NCBI GenBank assembly: GCA_964558645.1
Contig: CAZLEV010000014.1
Span: forward strand, 8,773-72,772
Origin: an uncultured archaeon
GTDB taxonomy: Archaea; Asgardarchaeota; Thorarchaeia; Thorarchaeales; Thorarchaeaceae
DNA length: 64,000 nucleotides
Direction: 5' to 3'
In this document: positions 10,580 to 21,287 of the stretch, in pieces
How positions within the stretch are numbered: position 1 is the stretch's first letter
Layout of the letters: every line of letters begins with the position of its first letter
The notes under the pieces: model-generated
Told to the model about the DNA's origin: nothing
What the model saw: only the letters and a program-made list of their open reading frames with translations
Database searches by the model: none
Program-made: the position numbers and the translations under genes

Positions 10580-10703
10580 CTGCCTGATGTTGCTACTTCT
10601 ACACAAAAAGCTCCTCTCTCAAGTGACTTCTCAATGGTGACACCAGCACTCTTAATTCGTCATCCTTAGTCTGCCTGACCACGCAAAAACGTGAGGTAGC
10701 GTT

Positions 10704-11954
10704 GTGAACAGGGTCACCAGCGCATCGGTTGCAGTACTGGCTGCGTGCACAATTGCACATTTTCTAAATCACGTCTACACAGGGGCAATCGCCCCATTTC
10801 TGCCAGTGATAACTGAAGAGCTCTCCCTGAGCCTGACACAAGCGGGAATGGTCACAAGTGCAGCAATACTGACCATGACCCTGGCACATCTCGGTGTTGG
10901 ATACTGCGCAGACCGCGGATGGCGGGACTATTTCATTCCGGCCAGTGTGTTATTGGGCGGTTTCTTCATCCTCATAGCAGGTTTCGCAAGCGATTTCATC
11001 TATCTTCTTGTTTTGATGCTTGCCCTCGGACTAGGCGTTTCGTTGTTCCATCCTTGCTCGTTTCCCGCCCTCGCAGAGCGCTTTCCTACCAAGAAACGGG
11101 CCAGTGCAGTTGGAGTCCAAGCTATGGGCGGACTGATCGGAACGGCGCTGATACCTGTACTCGGAGTTGCTCTTCTCGTGACTCTTGGAAACTGGCGGGA
11201 TTCTCTTGCCCTTCTCGGGTTGGCAGGAATCATTCTCTTTGTGCCTGTGATGATACTGATGCGCCAAGACAGGCTCGACTCGCAGTGTCAAGCCAGTCCA
11301 AATGATAGAAATGGGCCAGATGGGTGGACCAGAAACTATTTCCTCGCGATACTGTACTCGGGACTCAGAGGGATACCATTCCGTTGCACAAGCCTCCTAA
11401 TGCCGCTCTATCTCGTCGTAAGCTACGGTTATGAACCAGTATGGGCAGGATCGCTTACAACACTCATGATATCAACGGGTCTTGTTGCAGAAACAATCTC
11501 AAGTCCGGTCTCAGACCGGATGGAGAAGAGAGTGCCCTTCATGATCATGAGCACGGGTATCATGGCACCGTTGCTTCTCCTCTTGAACTTCGCCCTAGCA
11601 CCAATGTTACTCGCTATAACGTTGATGGGAATAGGATTCTTCTACTACTGGGGCACTCCACCAGACCAAGCCTATCAGACAGAGGTGAGTCCACAGCAGA
11701 GTAAGGGACTGGCGTTTGGAATCCTTTTCTCACTAGGAGCCCTTCCAGGAGCACTCTCGCCATGGATATTTGGGGCAATAGGAGACCTGTATGGGCTCCA
11801 AGCATCAATCCTGTTTCTTGTCATAACAAGTGTATTGGCAACAATCGTTGCCCTCTTCATGAGAGAAGAACCGCTGAGGCGCTCTCCTCTGGAGGAATCA
11901 GAAACTATGGTGAGAGAGGATGACACAGGAGATGAACAGGAAAGCACCGATTAG
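10704..11954 (+). CDS. MFS transporter
   Basis: About 12 TM helices; GYCADRG motif A; FHP motif of Fsr-like MFS. Confidence 0.9.
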   Translation: MNRVTSASVAVLAACTIAHFLNHVYTGAIAPFLPVITEELSLSLTQAGMVTSAAILTMTLAHLGVGYCADRGWRDYFIPASVLLGGFFILIAGFASDFIYLLVLMLALGLGVSLFHPCSFPALAERFPTKKRASAVGVQAMGGLIGTALIPVLGVALLVTLGNWRDSLALLGLAGIILFVPVMILMRQDRLDSQCQASPNDRNGPDGWTRNYFLAILYSGLRGIPFRCTSLLMPLYLVVSYGYEPVWAGSLTTLMISTGLVAETISSPVSDRMEKRVPFMIMSTGIMAPLLLLLNFALAPMLLAITLMGIGFFYYWGTPPDQAYQTEVSPQQSKGLAFGILFSLGALPGALSPWIFGAIGDLYGLQASILFLVITSVLATIVALFMREEPLRRSPLEESETMVREDDTGDEQESTD

Positions 11955-11975
11955 AAGTGAGGGGGTGCGTATGCT

Positions 11976-12812
11976 TTGACAGACAGAAACTGGATTTTGC
12001 AGGATCACCACATCCACCCCAACTACTCAATCGATGCGACAGGTTCTATTGACGAGTTCTGTCAGTCTGCTCTGGCGAAAGGACTTGAAGAGATAGCATT
12101 TACCACCCATGTTGACACCGATCTCCTTACTGATGACTGCTTTGTCATGGTTCACGGACGGAGAGTTCCAGTTCAATCGAGCAGATGGGTTGAGGCGTAC
12201 GAGGAAGAAGTACTTGACGTACGTGACAGGTATCGGGACACAGGACTAAGAATACTCCTCGGTGTCGAGATAGACTATCATCCCGAATTTGAAAGGATTC
12301 TTCCAGACAGGTTTTTCGATACCGATTTCGATATCATCATCGGGGCTGTACACCTTATCGATCACAAGGCCATTTCAGCACCGGAGGGTGCAGAGGAGAC
12401 ATTCTGCAAGTACGATATGCGGCAACTAACATCGAAATACTACTCGTCACTTCAGGATGCCGTAAAGACTGGGTTTTTCGACGTCCTGGCCCACATCGAT
12501 CTCTACACAAGATATGGAGAGGATAACTTCGGTGCGGCAATCCGTTCATCATGGAAACAGCACGTAGACGAGCTTGCAGGTCTCATGAAGAAACACGATG
12601 TTGGTTTTGAGGTCAATACGTCATCCCTGAGAAGGGGTTCGAGCCAACCCATGCCCGAGGAGGAACTGACTCGAGCGCTCTTACAACGAGGTGTTTCGAA
12701 GGTCACAGTTGGCTCGGATGCTCACTGCCCTGAACATGTCGGAGCTTGTATATCCGAGGGATATGACATGCTAAGAGCTCTGGGAGTTGACAGGCTCTGG
12801 ACTCACAGATAG
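11976..12812 (+). CDS. PHP-family phosphatase (histidinol-phosphatase HisJ/HisK-like)
   Basis: DHHIHPNYS, FTTH, GVEIDY, GAVH, LAHID, EVNTS, GSDAH. Confidence 0.85.
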   Translation: MTDRNWILQDHHIHPNYSIDATGSIDEFCQSALAKGLEEIAFTTHVDTDLLTDDCFVMVHGRRVPVQSSRWVEAYEEEVLDVRDRYRDTGLRILLGVEIDYHPEFERILPDRFFDTDFDIIIGAVHLIDHKAISAPEGAEETFCKYDMRQLTSKYYSSLQDAVKTGFFDVLAHIDLYTRYGEDNFGAAIRSSWKQHVDELAGLMKKHDVGFEVNTSSLRRGSSQPMPEEELTRALLQRGVSKVTVGSDAHCPEHVGACISEGYDMLRALGVDRLWTHR

Positions 12813-12873
12813 TGAGATTTCGACAGATAGAAACAAAAGCCTGACCCACATCTTCTTGACGGAGATTGTAGAA

Positions 12874-13302
12874 TTGCAGAACAAGAAATCGTTCGTTCTC
12901 TGTCTGATAGGCGGAGTTCTTCTCATTATAGCAGGTGCTGTGGGAAGTATTGGTGCGCTTGAGTTTCTGAGTGTGATTGGAACCATTCCCGAGCTGGAGT
13001 TTTTGGTGCCCCTTGTTGACATCCTGCTCAAGGTGCTGATTTTCATTGCAGGTCTCGGAGGGATCGGCGTCATTGCCGGGGGCTTTCTCATCACCACTCC
13101 ACGTGTGGGAACGGGAAAATTCATCATAGGAATTGCCGCAGGGATGGGTCTCATTGGACTTATCATACAGCTAGTGAAAGTAGTATACTTCGCAGGTGTG
13201 GAAGGCCTAGTCAACCTCTTGGAGGCCATCTCACAGTCAATCGGCTGGATTGGGATCATCTTCACTATAATCGGCAGAAGAACTGCCAGCACACCCGATT
13301 AG
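12874..13302 (+). CDS. Small multi-pass membrane protein
   Basis: About four Gly-rich hydrophobic helices; probable TTG start at 12874. Confidence 0.7.
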   Translation: MQNKKSFVLCLIGGVLLIIAGAVGSIGALEFLSVIGTIPELEFLVPLVDILLKVLIFIAGLGGIGVIAGGFLITTPRVGTGKFIIGIAAGMGLIGLIIQLVKVVYFAGVEGLVNLLEAISQSIGWIGIIFTIIGRRTASTPD

Positions 13303-13348
13303 TCCTGTTTCGGAAGTCTTTATTCGGTGAGGCCCCCTCGGCGTATCG

Positions 13349-14002
13349 ATGTCAGACGCGAGTGAACAACTACAGAAAGCAATTGAGCTGCTACGGGAAG
13401 GACTGTACGAGGAAGCAGTGGAGAATCTGAGAGAGTTCCTCAAGGGGAATCCAGATTCGCTTGAAGGATACTACAACTTGGGCTATGCTCTGCAAGAGTC
13501 GGGAGAAGTTGAAAAGGCAGTAAAGGCCTACGATGACGCACTCTCCATTGATAATATGATTCCCGAGATATGGTTCAACAAAGGAAATGCCCTCTATGAG
13601 CTCTATGATTATGAGAAGGCCCGAGAATGTTATGAGAGAGCAGCCGAATTGAATCCAGACGATCCAGAGGTCTGGAACAACTTGGGCAATTGCCATTCTC
13701 GTCTGGCTGAGGGGAGACGAGCAATTGAAGCATACACGCGAGCTGTGGCACTCAAACCAGACTATGCAGAGGCGCTTTACAACAAAGCAAATGCCCATTT
13801 CATTGAGGGAGAGCATGAGAAGGCAGTTGTATATGGTGAACTGGCTGTGAAACTCAATCCATCACTCAGGCCCCATGTGGATCGTTGGATTACCGTTTCG
13901 ATGAGGAATCTCGAAGCTCAGCGGCAACACAAAGAATACGAGGAAAGGAAGAAACATGCAAAGAGGTTCAAGTCCCAAGATCGGAACCGGCCCGGAGATT
14001 GA
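13349..14002 (+). CDS. Tetratricopeptide repeat protein
   Basis: About five TPRs (YYNLG, WFNKG, WNNLG, LYNKA). Confidence 0.9.
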   Translation: MSDASEQLQKAIELLREGLYEEAVENLREFLKGNPDSLEGYYNLGYALQESGEVEKAVKAYDDALSIDNMIPEIWFNKGNALYELYDYEKARECYERAAELNPDDPEVWNNLGNCHSRLAEGRRAIEAYTRAVALKPDYAEALYNKANAHFIEGEHEKAVVYGELAVKLNPSLRPHVDRWITVSMRNLEAQRQHKEYEERKKHAKRFKSQDRNRPGD

Positions 14003-14055
14003 GTCAGCAGACCTAAAAGCGGGGTCTAGACTCCTAGTAGGCGGAGAACTATCCC

Positions 14056-14613
14056 ATGCTTGATGAAGGCATAGACTTGGACAAAGTCCCTGAGAGAGAG
14101 GGAAGAAGCCGAATCAAGATAATGCTCGCAATTGGAGGGGTCGTGCTTATTTCCGGCATCGTGGTTGCTTGGCTAGGAGGCCATGGAGTACTGCCCGTTG
14201 AGCCATTGATGGTCCTGGGAGTCACGGTGATAATAACGATGCTGATTGTGTGCTGTTCCACCACTCTGGTGACAGGAAAGATAGCGAGTAAGATACCTGA
14301 GTACAGTGACATGGAGCTGAGATTCGAGAAGGGCATGGAACACTATGAGAACGAAGAGTGGGATGAAGCGATGGCAGTGTTTCATGAACTCATGGGGCCA
14401 GAAAGAAATCACAAGAGGGCATTATATTACACCGCAAAGATACATGAGGCCCGGAACGAATGGGAGGAAGTCAAGGTATACTCTAAGAGATACTTGGAGA
14501 TGCAGCCGAATGACAGAGAAGTATGGGAACTTCTCGCCACAGCTCACAAGAGATTGTTTGAGTATGAAGCAGCAGAGGATGCCATAGAAAGGGCATCAAG
14601 GCTATCTGACTGA
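14056..14613 (+). CDS. Two-TM-anchored TPR protein
   Basis: Two N-terminal hydrophobic helices, then about three TPR-like repeats. Confidence 0.8.
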   Translation: MLDEGIDLDKVPEREGRSRIKIMLAIGGVVLISGIVVAWLGGHGVLPVEPLMVLGVTVIITMLIVCCSTTLVTGKIASKIPEYSDMELRFEKGMEHYENEEWDEAMAVFHELMGPERNHKRALYYTAKIHEARNEWEEVKVYSKRYLEMQPNDREVWELLATAHKRLFEYEAAEDAIERASRLSD

Positions 14614-14675
14614 GTCTGGCAAGCAAAGAATAAGAGGGAGATGTATAAGGCAGCAGAAGAGAGGTTGGTGGCTAC

Positions 14676-16967
14676 TTGTCTGAGGAAAACCCGTGTCAAC
14701 TTGAAGTGACTGAAGAAGGAATCCGCCTGAGCAATGGCAATGTCACGATTTTCTTCGACACGCAGCTTGGCCTCCTTATGCTCACTTCTTCTGATGAGAA
14801 GGATATGTGCTTCTCGCGGGGCTATATCCAAGTCCATACAGAACAGGAAGTCTTCGACTCGAGACAGATGATCTACAAGAGTCTGAGCACTCTGGACTTC
14901 AGGGATGAGCGGGGAGAAGGAAAGGCAGTAGTGATCCGTCTGCAGAATGCCGAACAGTCAGCTGAGATTAACCTGAAACTAAGCATGACGAAGGAATACC
15001 CGGGGTATTCATCTGTAGTGCAATTCAAGAATAAGACAGGGGGTTCGGTGAAGGTAGACTCGATAGACCCCCTAGTCATCGATGTGGACGATGCCACTAG
15101 AGTCTATACCGGGTGGAAGTCCAAAGAACTCTCCTTCTTCAGGAACGGATATCATTCCTGGGAACTCAGCCAAGCCACAGGGATAGCCGATGGGAGGAAC
15201 GTAAGTCACTATTACTCTGTGCTTCACAACACTAACAGTGGCAATTCAATTGCCCTGGGCTTCGTGACTCTAGCAGACCAACATCCAAAGATTATGGTCT
15301 TTGGAAGAAAAGAAGAAGACAGAAGATTGGCCCAGATAGCATCAAGCTGTTTTACAGATGGAGTTGCTTTGGGCAGTAATGCAACTCTGATGTCTGAAGA
15401 GCTTCTTGTGACAGTGGGAAACAATCCATCAGATTGTCTTGGGATGTATATCGACATTCTTGCCAAGAGAATGCAGGCAATCAGCTGGGATGGTATTCCC
15501 ACTGGCTGGTGTAGCTGGTACTTCTACTACACAATGCCTGATGAAGAGGAGATTACGAATAACATCTCATTCCTGAAGAAGAGATTCCCGGAGATTGAGT
15601 GGATCCAGTTAGATGACGGGTATCAGAAGGCAGTCGGAGACTGGGAAGAGAACGAGAGATTTTCATCAGGGCTTGGTAAGATAGTGAAAGAGGCAGAAGA
15701 AGCCGGTTATCGTGCCGGTATCTGGACAGCACCCTTCATCGCCTCTGAGCACTCGGAGATATTCAAGGACAAACCTGATTGGTTTGTGAGAGATAATAAC
15801 AATGAGCCCATTCCTGTAGACGAGAACCCGCTCTGGCTGGGCAAGTACTACGCTCTTGATCTCACGAATCCCCTTGTGCTTGATTTCATTGAGATCCTTT
15901 TCAAGACACTGAGAGAGGAGGGCTTTGAGTACTTCAAGATTGACTTCCTATACCATGCTGCTGTTCAGGGAAGAAGGTATGACAACAAGCTGACCGGCAC
16001 TCAAGCTCTCAGACGAGGGCTGGAGAAGATACGAGAATCAGTGGGGGACTCGCTCATTCTGGGTTGCGGAGCCCCCTTCGGACCATGCATCGGCCTTGTC
16101 AATATGATGAGAATAGGTACCGATATCGCCACAGACTGGCGTCTTGAATGGGGTGGAGGGGTTTACGAGTGCAGCATCAATACTATGACCAGAGCGAATC
16201 TCCACAACAGGCTCTGGATAAACGACCCAGACTGTATTCTTGTAAGACAGGATGATAGTAACCTGACCCTCGATGAGGTAAGGCTCTGGCTCTCGATTGT
16301 TGCCGTGAGCGGAGGGGCTGTGCTACTCAGCGACCGGATGATGGAAGTCAACGAAGAGCGGCTGGCCTTGGTGGACAAGATCTTGCCCCCAATGAGAACA
16401 GGTGGCTTCAGCCCTGATGCCCTGTACAAGGCCGAGCCCAGTTTGTTTGCCCTGCCAATCGACTGTCCTATGGGTCAGTGGACCATCGTGGCAGTCGTGA
16501 ATCTAACGGAAGAAGCCACAGACAACCAGTTCTCATTGACTGACATAGGACGCGATGAAGGCGTACCCTGCCATGTCTTCGAGTTCTGGGAGCACACCTA
16601 CGAGGGCGAGACCGAGGACATGGTGAATATCGAAAACGTGGAGCCGCATTCCTGTAGACTGTTCACCGTCAAGCCAAAGACGCAAGTTCCGTGTGTTCTT
16701 AGTACGTCGATACACTTTTCGCAAGGAGCCCTTGAGCTGAAGAATCAGGACTGGGATCCATCTCAGAACGAGCTGAGTATTGTCGTGAACAGAAACACTC
16801 ACGTGGAAGAGAGTGTCTTTTTCGTGTTCTCTAGTGAATGGGAACCAATCGATGCTCTAATCGACGACAGACAGGTGGATATTGAGAAGGTTGCGCCGGA
16901 GGTCCTAGGAGTCAAGGCAGAATTCAGCGCAGGACAGGAGATCAGAGTCCGCTTCAAGCGACTATGA
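14676..16967 (+). CDS. Alpha-galactosidase, glycoside hydrolase family 36
   Basis: GWCSWY, QLDDGYQ, GIWTAPF, FKIDF nucleophile, MRIGTD, NDPDC. Confidence 0.9.
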   Translation: MSEENPCQLEVTEEGIRLSNGNVTIFFDTQLGLLMLTSSDEKDMCFSRGYIQVHTEQEVFDSRQMIYKSLSTLDFRDERGEGKAVVIRLQNAEQSAEINLKLSMTKEYPGYSSVVQFKNKTGGSVKVDSIDPLVIDVDDATRVYTGWKSKELSFFRNGYHSWELSQATGIADGRNVSHYYSVLHNTNSGNSIALGFVTLADQHPKIMVFGRKEEDRRLAQIASSCFTDGVALGSNATLMSEELLVTVGNNPSDCLGMYIDILAKRMQAISWDGIPTGWCSWYFYYTMPDEEEITNNISFLKKRFPEIEWIQLDDGYQKAVGDWEENERFSSGLGKIVKEAEEAGYRAGIWTAPFIASEHSEIFKDKPDWFVRDNNNEPIPVDENPLWLGKYYALDLTNPLVLDFIEILFKTLREEGFEYFKIDFLYHAAVQGRRYDNKLTGTQALRRGLEKIRESVGDSLILGCGAPFGPCIGLVNMMRIGTDIATDWRLEWGGGVYECSINTMTRANLHNRLWINDPDCILVRQDDSNLTLDEVRLWLSIVAVSGGAVLLSDRMMEVNEERLALVDKILPPMRTGGFSPDALYKAEPSLFALPIDCPMGQWTIVAVVNLTEEATDNQFSLTDIGRDEGVPCHVFEFWEHTYEGETEDMVNIENVEPHSCRLFTVKPKTQVPCVLSTSIHFSQGALELKNQDWDPSQNELSIVVNRNTHVEESVFFVFSSEWEPIDALIDDRQVDIEKVAPEVLGVKAEFSAGQEIRVRFKRL

Positions 16968-16978
16968 AGCCATTCACT

Positions 16979-17887
16979 TCACCCAACTATGCGGTTACTC
17001 AGGGTTCCTATTCCTTCGATATGGAGCTCCATAACATCCCCCTCACGCAGATATTCTGGGGGAGCGCGTGCATCTCCAACTCCTGCTGGGGTGCCGGTCG
17101 CGATGACATCGCCGGGTTCTAAGGTGAATGACATGGAAAGGTATTGAATGATATCGGTAACACCATAGAGCAGGTTAGATGTATTGGAAGACTGCTTCAC
17201 CCTGCCATTGATTTTGGTCCACAGGTCGAGACCCGACCCATCACCGAGCTCGTCGCAAGTCACTATCGCTGGGCCCATGGGACAGAAGGCATCAAGTGAC
17301 TTCGCCCGAACCCATTGACCATCGCTTCTCTGCAGGTCTCTTGCACTGAGGTCATTCAAGACTGTGTATCCAGCCACATACTCCAGAGCCTCCTCTTTCG
17401 ATGCGTCTTTGCAGCGTTTGCCTATCACAACTCCGAGCTCAACCTCCCAATCAACCTTCTGACTTACTCGGGGTAGAGGGATCGGGGCATCTGGACCAAC
17501 CACTGAAGAAGAGAACTTCGCAAATATCACAGGAAAATCAGGAATCTCACGCCCTGTTTCCTCTATATGATCGCGATAGTTGAGGCCAAGTGCCACCACC
17601 TTTCCGGGACGTTCAATGGGGGCTTGTATGTGGATAGCATCATGAGGTAGCAGGGACGGACGATCTCCATTCGGTAGAGCAGCATACCCATACAGCATTT
17701 CTCGGACAGCATCGAGACCCTTTTCCCACTCAAGGAGGTCCTTCATCAATGTTGGAAAGGACTCGCCTCTAACTGGATGAGTCACATTCAGGTGAGAGGC
17801 AAGCTCAGGGAGATCCAGTATCCCTTCCTCTAGCTGGATTCCAATCGATTTCTCCTCATCTGTGGCATAGGTCACTAGTCTGGTCAT
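16979..17887 (-). CDS. Fumarylacetoacetate hydrolase family protein
   Basis: GLNYRDH, DWEVELGVVIG, NDLSARDLQ, WVRAKS, IATGTPAGVG. Confidence 0.95.
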   Translation of the reverse strand: MTRLVTYATDEEKSIGIQLEEGILDLPELASHLNVTHPVRGESFPTLMKDLLEWEKGLDAVREMLYGYAALPNGDRPSLLPHDAIHIQAPIERPGKVVALGLNYRDHIEETGREIPDFPVIFAKFSSSVVGPDAPIPLPRVSQKVDWEVELGVVIGKRCKDASKEEALEYVAGYTVLNDLSARDLQRSDGQWVRAKSLDAFCPMGPAIVTCDELGDGSGLDLWTKINGRVKQSSNTSNLLYGVTDIIQYLSMSFTLEPGDVIATGTPAGVGDARAPPEYLREGDVMELHIEGIGTLSNRIVG

Positions 17888-17951
17888 GCAGCAACCGGTA
17901 AGACCGTCTCATTTATCCGTAATGGTGCTGATGAAGAGCAAGGTGTGTACA

Positions 17952-18278
17952 TTGGGAGAGAAGAGCCTTGACGAGCTGCCAGACGAGGTCTTTGTTGCAC
18001 TGGGAAGAAGAGGGATGGAAGGAATCCCCCTCAAAGAGTGCACATATGCTTGTGATGGTGATGAGCTATCACTGATTGATTTTGAACGAAGACCGGATAC
18101 CATCACAGGCAGGGGACTAGAACCTGTTGTTGAGGACTGGACGGTTCGCTGCGATAAATGCAAGAGAGCCTTCACGATACGCTGCAAGATACGATATGTG
18201 GATGGAGAACGCATTGATACGATGGTCAACCTGATGGACGACAAGGGAGTCGACTTGGGTTGGCTTGGAAGCTTTTGA
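17952..18278 (+). CDS. Hypothetical protein, probably Zn-binding
   Basis: CTYAC and CDKC pairs; probable TTG start at 17952; lies directly upstream of leuB. Confidence 0.65.
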   Translation: MGEKSLDELPDEVFVALGRRGMEGIPLKECTYACDGDELSLIDFERRPDTITGRGLEPVVEDWTVRCDKCKRAFTIRCKIRYVDGERIDTMVNLMDDKGVDLGWLGSF

Positions 18279-18293
18279 AATCAGGGGATTCGG

Positions 18294-19454
18294 ATGGCAA
18301 GAGAATACACTATTGCGGTACTGCCGGGCGACGGGATAGGAAGAGAAGTCATCCCTGAAGCAACCAAGGTGCTCGAACACATCCAGGCTGCACAGGGAAA
18401 GAGATTTCTCAGATTCAAGGATTTTGAATGCGGAGGAGAGTACTATGCTGAGACAGGCAGAGAGTGGTCCCAGGAAACAGAGAGTTTCGCCAAAGAGCAG
18501 GCTGATGCAATACTCTTCGGAGCTGTTGGCGGTATCGATGACAATGGAAACGCGGTCAGACTACCAGATGGAAATCTTGCAGGCTACAGCATTGCATTAG
18601 GACTAAGATTCGATTTGGACCTCTATGCCAACGTCAGGCCAGTCAAGCTGTATGAAGGAGTTCCTTCACCTCTTAACCTCCAGAAGCGAGGGGACATCGA
18701 CCTTGTGATAGTCCGAGAGAATACCGAGGGCCTCTATAGCCCTGTCAGAGGAACTCTCACAAGAGGGGGAGAGCAGGAAACAGCCATCGATGTAAGAATC
18801 ATTAGTCAGAAAGGAAGTCAAAGAGTAGCCAGATTTGCATTTGAGATGTCGCGGAAGCGGAGCGGAGCACCTGCAGATCAGGTCAAGCGAGTCACATGTG
18901 TGGACAAGAGTAATCTCCTTGCTGGATGCATGCTTTTTAGAGAGACCTATGAAAAGGTCGCAGAAGACTTCCCAGACGTGGCACCGGACTGCCAGTATGT
19001 TGATGCCTTTGCACAGGGGTTGATTCTGAAACCATCAAGATACGATGTGGTGGTCACACCAAACGAGTTCGGTGACATTGTGTCAGACATTGGAGCAGCC
19101 ATACAGGGGGGACTCGGGATGGCTCCGGCAGCAAGCATTGGACAAGAGAAAGCAGTCTTCGAGCCAGTTCATGGCTCTGCTCCAAAACACTACGGCCAAA
19201 ACACGGCAAACCCTATCGCTGCGGTCTTGTCGGCAGCAATGCTACTCGACTGGCTGGGTGAAAGACATGCGGACCCGAGATGCACTTCTGGCGCAGAAGC
19301 CATCAGAGAGGGGGTTGCACAGGTTCTTCGAGAGGGGGAAGTCAGAACCTTTGACATATGCCGGGGTAGGTGGGCCGGAGTCGAACCCGCATCAACGCAG
19401 GAAGTTGGCACTGAGATTGCCAAGAGATCCGAGCAAGCCTTGCGGGGGGAATGA
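18294..19454 (+). CDS. leuB: Isopropylmalate/homoisocitrate-type beta-decarboxylating dehydrogenase
   Basis: LPGDGIG.EV, YANVRP, RENTEGLY, VDKSN, FGDIVSD, FEPVHGSAP, ANPIA; substrate specificity not certain. Confidence 0.85.
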   Translation: MAREYTIAVLPGDGIGREVIPEATKVLEHIQAAQGKRFLRFKDFECGGEYYAETGREWSQETESFAKEQADAILFGAVGGIDDNGNAVRLPDGNLAGYSIALGLRFDLDLYANVRPVKLYEGVPSPLNLQKRGDIDLVIVRENTEGLYSPVRGTLTRGGEQETAIDVRIISQKGSQRVARFAFEMSRKRSGAPADQVKRVTCVDKSNLLAGCMLFRETYEKVAEDFPDVAPDCQYVDAFAQGLILKPSRYDVVVTPNEFGDIVSDIGAAIQGGLGMAPAASIGQEKAVFEPVHGSAPKHYGQNTANPIAAVLSAAMLLDWLGERHADPRCTSGAEAIREGVAQVLREGEVRTFDICRGRWAGVEPASTQEVGTEIAKRSEQALRGE

Positions 19455-19457
19455 CCG

Positions 19458-20723
19458 ATGGGAGAAACTCTCGCTGAGAAGATCCTTGCAGATCACTCGA
19501 CTGAGGGTAAGGCAACAGCAGGAGAGATCATTGAGGCCCAAATAGACCTGCTGATGACCCATGAAGTGCTTGGCTCAAGAGTCCTCCCGATTCTAGAAGA
19601 GATGGGGTTTGAGAAGGTCTGGGATCCACAGAGGATTCTCGTCGTCAATGACCACTGGGCACCTGCAAAGGACACGCAGAGTGCAGAGATTCACAGACGT
19701 AACCGTGATTTTGTCAAGGAGCAGGGTATCGAACACTTCTGTGACATCGATTGTGGAATCTGTCATCAAGTATTGCCAGAGTTGGGACTGGTCAAACCGG
19801 GCGATTTGGTGATTGGCTCAGACTCGCATTCAACAACCTATGGTGCATTCAATGCATTCTCAACTGGCCTAGCTGCTACCGACACTGCAATAATACTAGC
19901 CACAGGGAAGAACTGGTTCAGAGTGCCCCAGTCAGTCAGAGTTGAGGTCCAAGGGGAGCTAGGCCGGTGGGTGATGAGTAAGGATTTGATACTCAGGATC
20001 ATCAAGGACATTGGTGCTGATGGAGCTAACTACATGTCAATGGAGTTTCACGGACCCACAGTTGAAAGAATGTCAGTTGCATCGAGGATGACCATCTGCA
20101 ATATGACTGTTGAAGCAGGTGCAAAATGTGGCCTTATGACAGTAAATGACTCAGTCAGAATGTGGCTTGAGACATATACACCTGATTCTTCGTGGCAGCC
20201 TGTTTACCCTGATGACGATGCTGAGTATCTCGACACCTTGGAATACAATCTCCTTCAGGACCCCTTGGAACCCATGGTGGCATTTCCCCACAGCCCAGCA
20301 AACGGCAAACCGGTCTCCGAAGCGGAAGGCATCGAATTCGATCAGGCCTTCATTGGGTCGTGCACTAACGGAAGAATCGAAGATTTGAGAACTGCTGCAA
20401 TGATACTGAAGGGTAAGCATGTTCACCCCGATATTCGCCTAGTGGTCACTCCAGCAAGTAGAATTACCTACTTGGCTGCTCTTGATGAGAGCATCATTGA
20501 AACGCTCCTCAGAGCCGGCGCAGTAATCACCAATCCAACATGTGGAGCATGTGTAGGGGGCCATCTTGGCGTCTTGGGGAAGGGAGAGGTGTGCGTGTCA
20601 TCAACAAATCGCAACTTCAGAGGGAGGATGGGAGACCCTGACTCGGAGGTGTATCTCGCATCGCCTGCAACGGTTGCTGCAAGTGCACTAAAGGGGAGAA
20701 TAACGGATCCGCGAAGAGTGTAG
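19458..20723 (+). CDS. leuC: 3-isopropylmalate dehydratase/homoaconitase large subunit
   Basis: GICHQ, DSHS, GSCTNGR, CGACVG, NRNFRGRMG. Confidence 0.9.
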   Translation: MGETLAEKILADHSTEGKATAGEIIEAQIDLLMTHEVLGSRVLPILEEMGFEKVWDPQRILVVNDHWAPAKDTQSAEIHRRNRDFVKEQGIEHFCDIDCGICHQVLPELGLVKPGDLVIGSDSHSTTYGAFNAFSTGLAATDTAIILATGKNWFRVPQSVRVEVQGELGRWVMSKDLILRIIKDIGADGANYMSMEFHGPTVERMSVASRMTICNMTVEAGAKCGLMTVNDSVRMWLETYTPDSSWQPVYPDDDAEYLDTLEYNLLQDPLEPMVAFPHSPANGKPVSEAEGIEFDQAFIGSCTNGRIEDLRTAAMILKGKHVHPDIRLVVTPASRITYLAALDESIIETLLRAGAVITNPTCGACVGGHLGVLGKGEVCVSSTNRNFRGRMGDPDSEVYLASPATVAASALKGRITDPRRV

Positions 20724-20726
20724 ACC

Positions 20727-21242
20727 ATGAGAAAAGAGATATGCACGATAGAGGGCCGCGCCTGGCTCTTGGGTGACAATGTTGACACAGATCAGATCGT
20801 GCCAGGACGGTATCTCACATATCTCGACTATGAGGAGATGGCACAGCATGCTCTTGAGGGGCTTCGCAGGGAATTCAGCAAGCAGGCAAGAGAAGGTGAC
20901 GTAATAGTCGCAGGGCGTAACTTCGGGGGAGGCTCTTCCCGTGAGGAAGCACCTCAAGTACTTCGTACACTCGGCATTGGGTGTATAATTGCAGAGTCTG
21001 TCTCTCGGCTGTTCTATCGGAACTCGTTCAACATTGGCTTGCCAGTTATCATTCTTGAAGATGCGACATCGAAGATAGCAGAGGGGGACGTGCTATCAGT
21101 TGAACTCACAGACGGAACGGTAATAGACCAGACAAAAAACAAGACATTTGATGCCGACCCAATTCCGCAGTATATGCTTGAGCTGATTCGAGAGGGAGGA
21201 GCTGTGAAGAGGTATCAAAGAGAGATGACAAGAAAACGCTAA
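20727..21242 (+). CDS. leuD: 3-isopropylmalate dehydratase/homoaconitase small subunit
   Basis: GDNVDTDQIVP, NFGGGSSREEA, FYRNSFNIGLP. Confidence 0.9.
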   Translation: MRKEICTIEGRAWLLGDNVDTDQIVPGRYLTYLDYEEMAQHALEGLRREFSKQAREGDVIVAGRNFGGGSSREEAPQVLRTLGIGCIIAESVSRLFYRNSFNIGLPVIILEDATSKIAEGDVLSVELTDGTVIDQTKNKTFDADPIPQYMLELIREGGAVKRYQREMTRKR

Positions 21243-21287
21243 AAGACTATGTGGAAGCTGGTCAACTCGTTCTATAGGTGATAGTGA

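Noticed and set aside
10520-10602. AAACCG...GCTGATG resembles part of a fluoride riboswitch
   Set aside because: The 5' GGxGATGG...CC stem is missing and the downstream gene is not a fluoride exporter
19375-19392. CCGGAGTCGAACCCGC resembles a reverse-complemented tRNA T-arm
   Set aside because: Lies inside the leuB coding sequence with no cloverleaf
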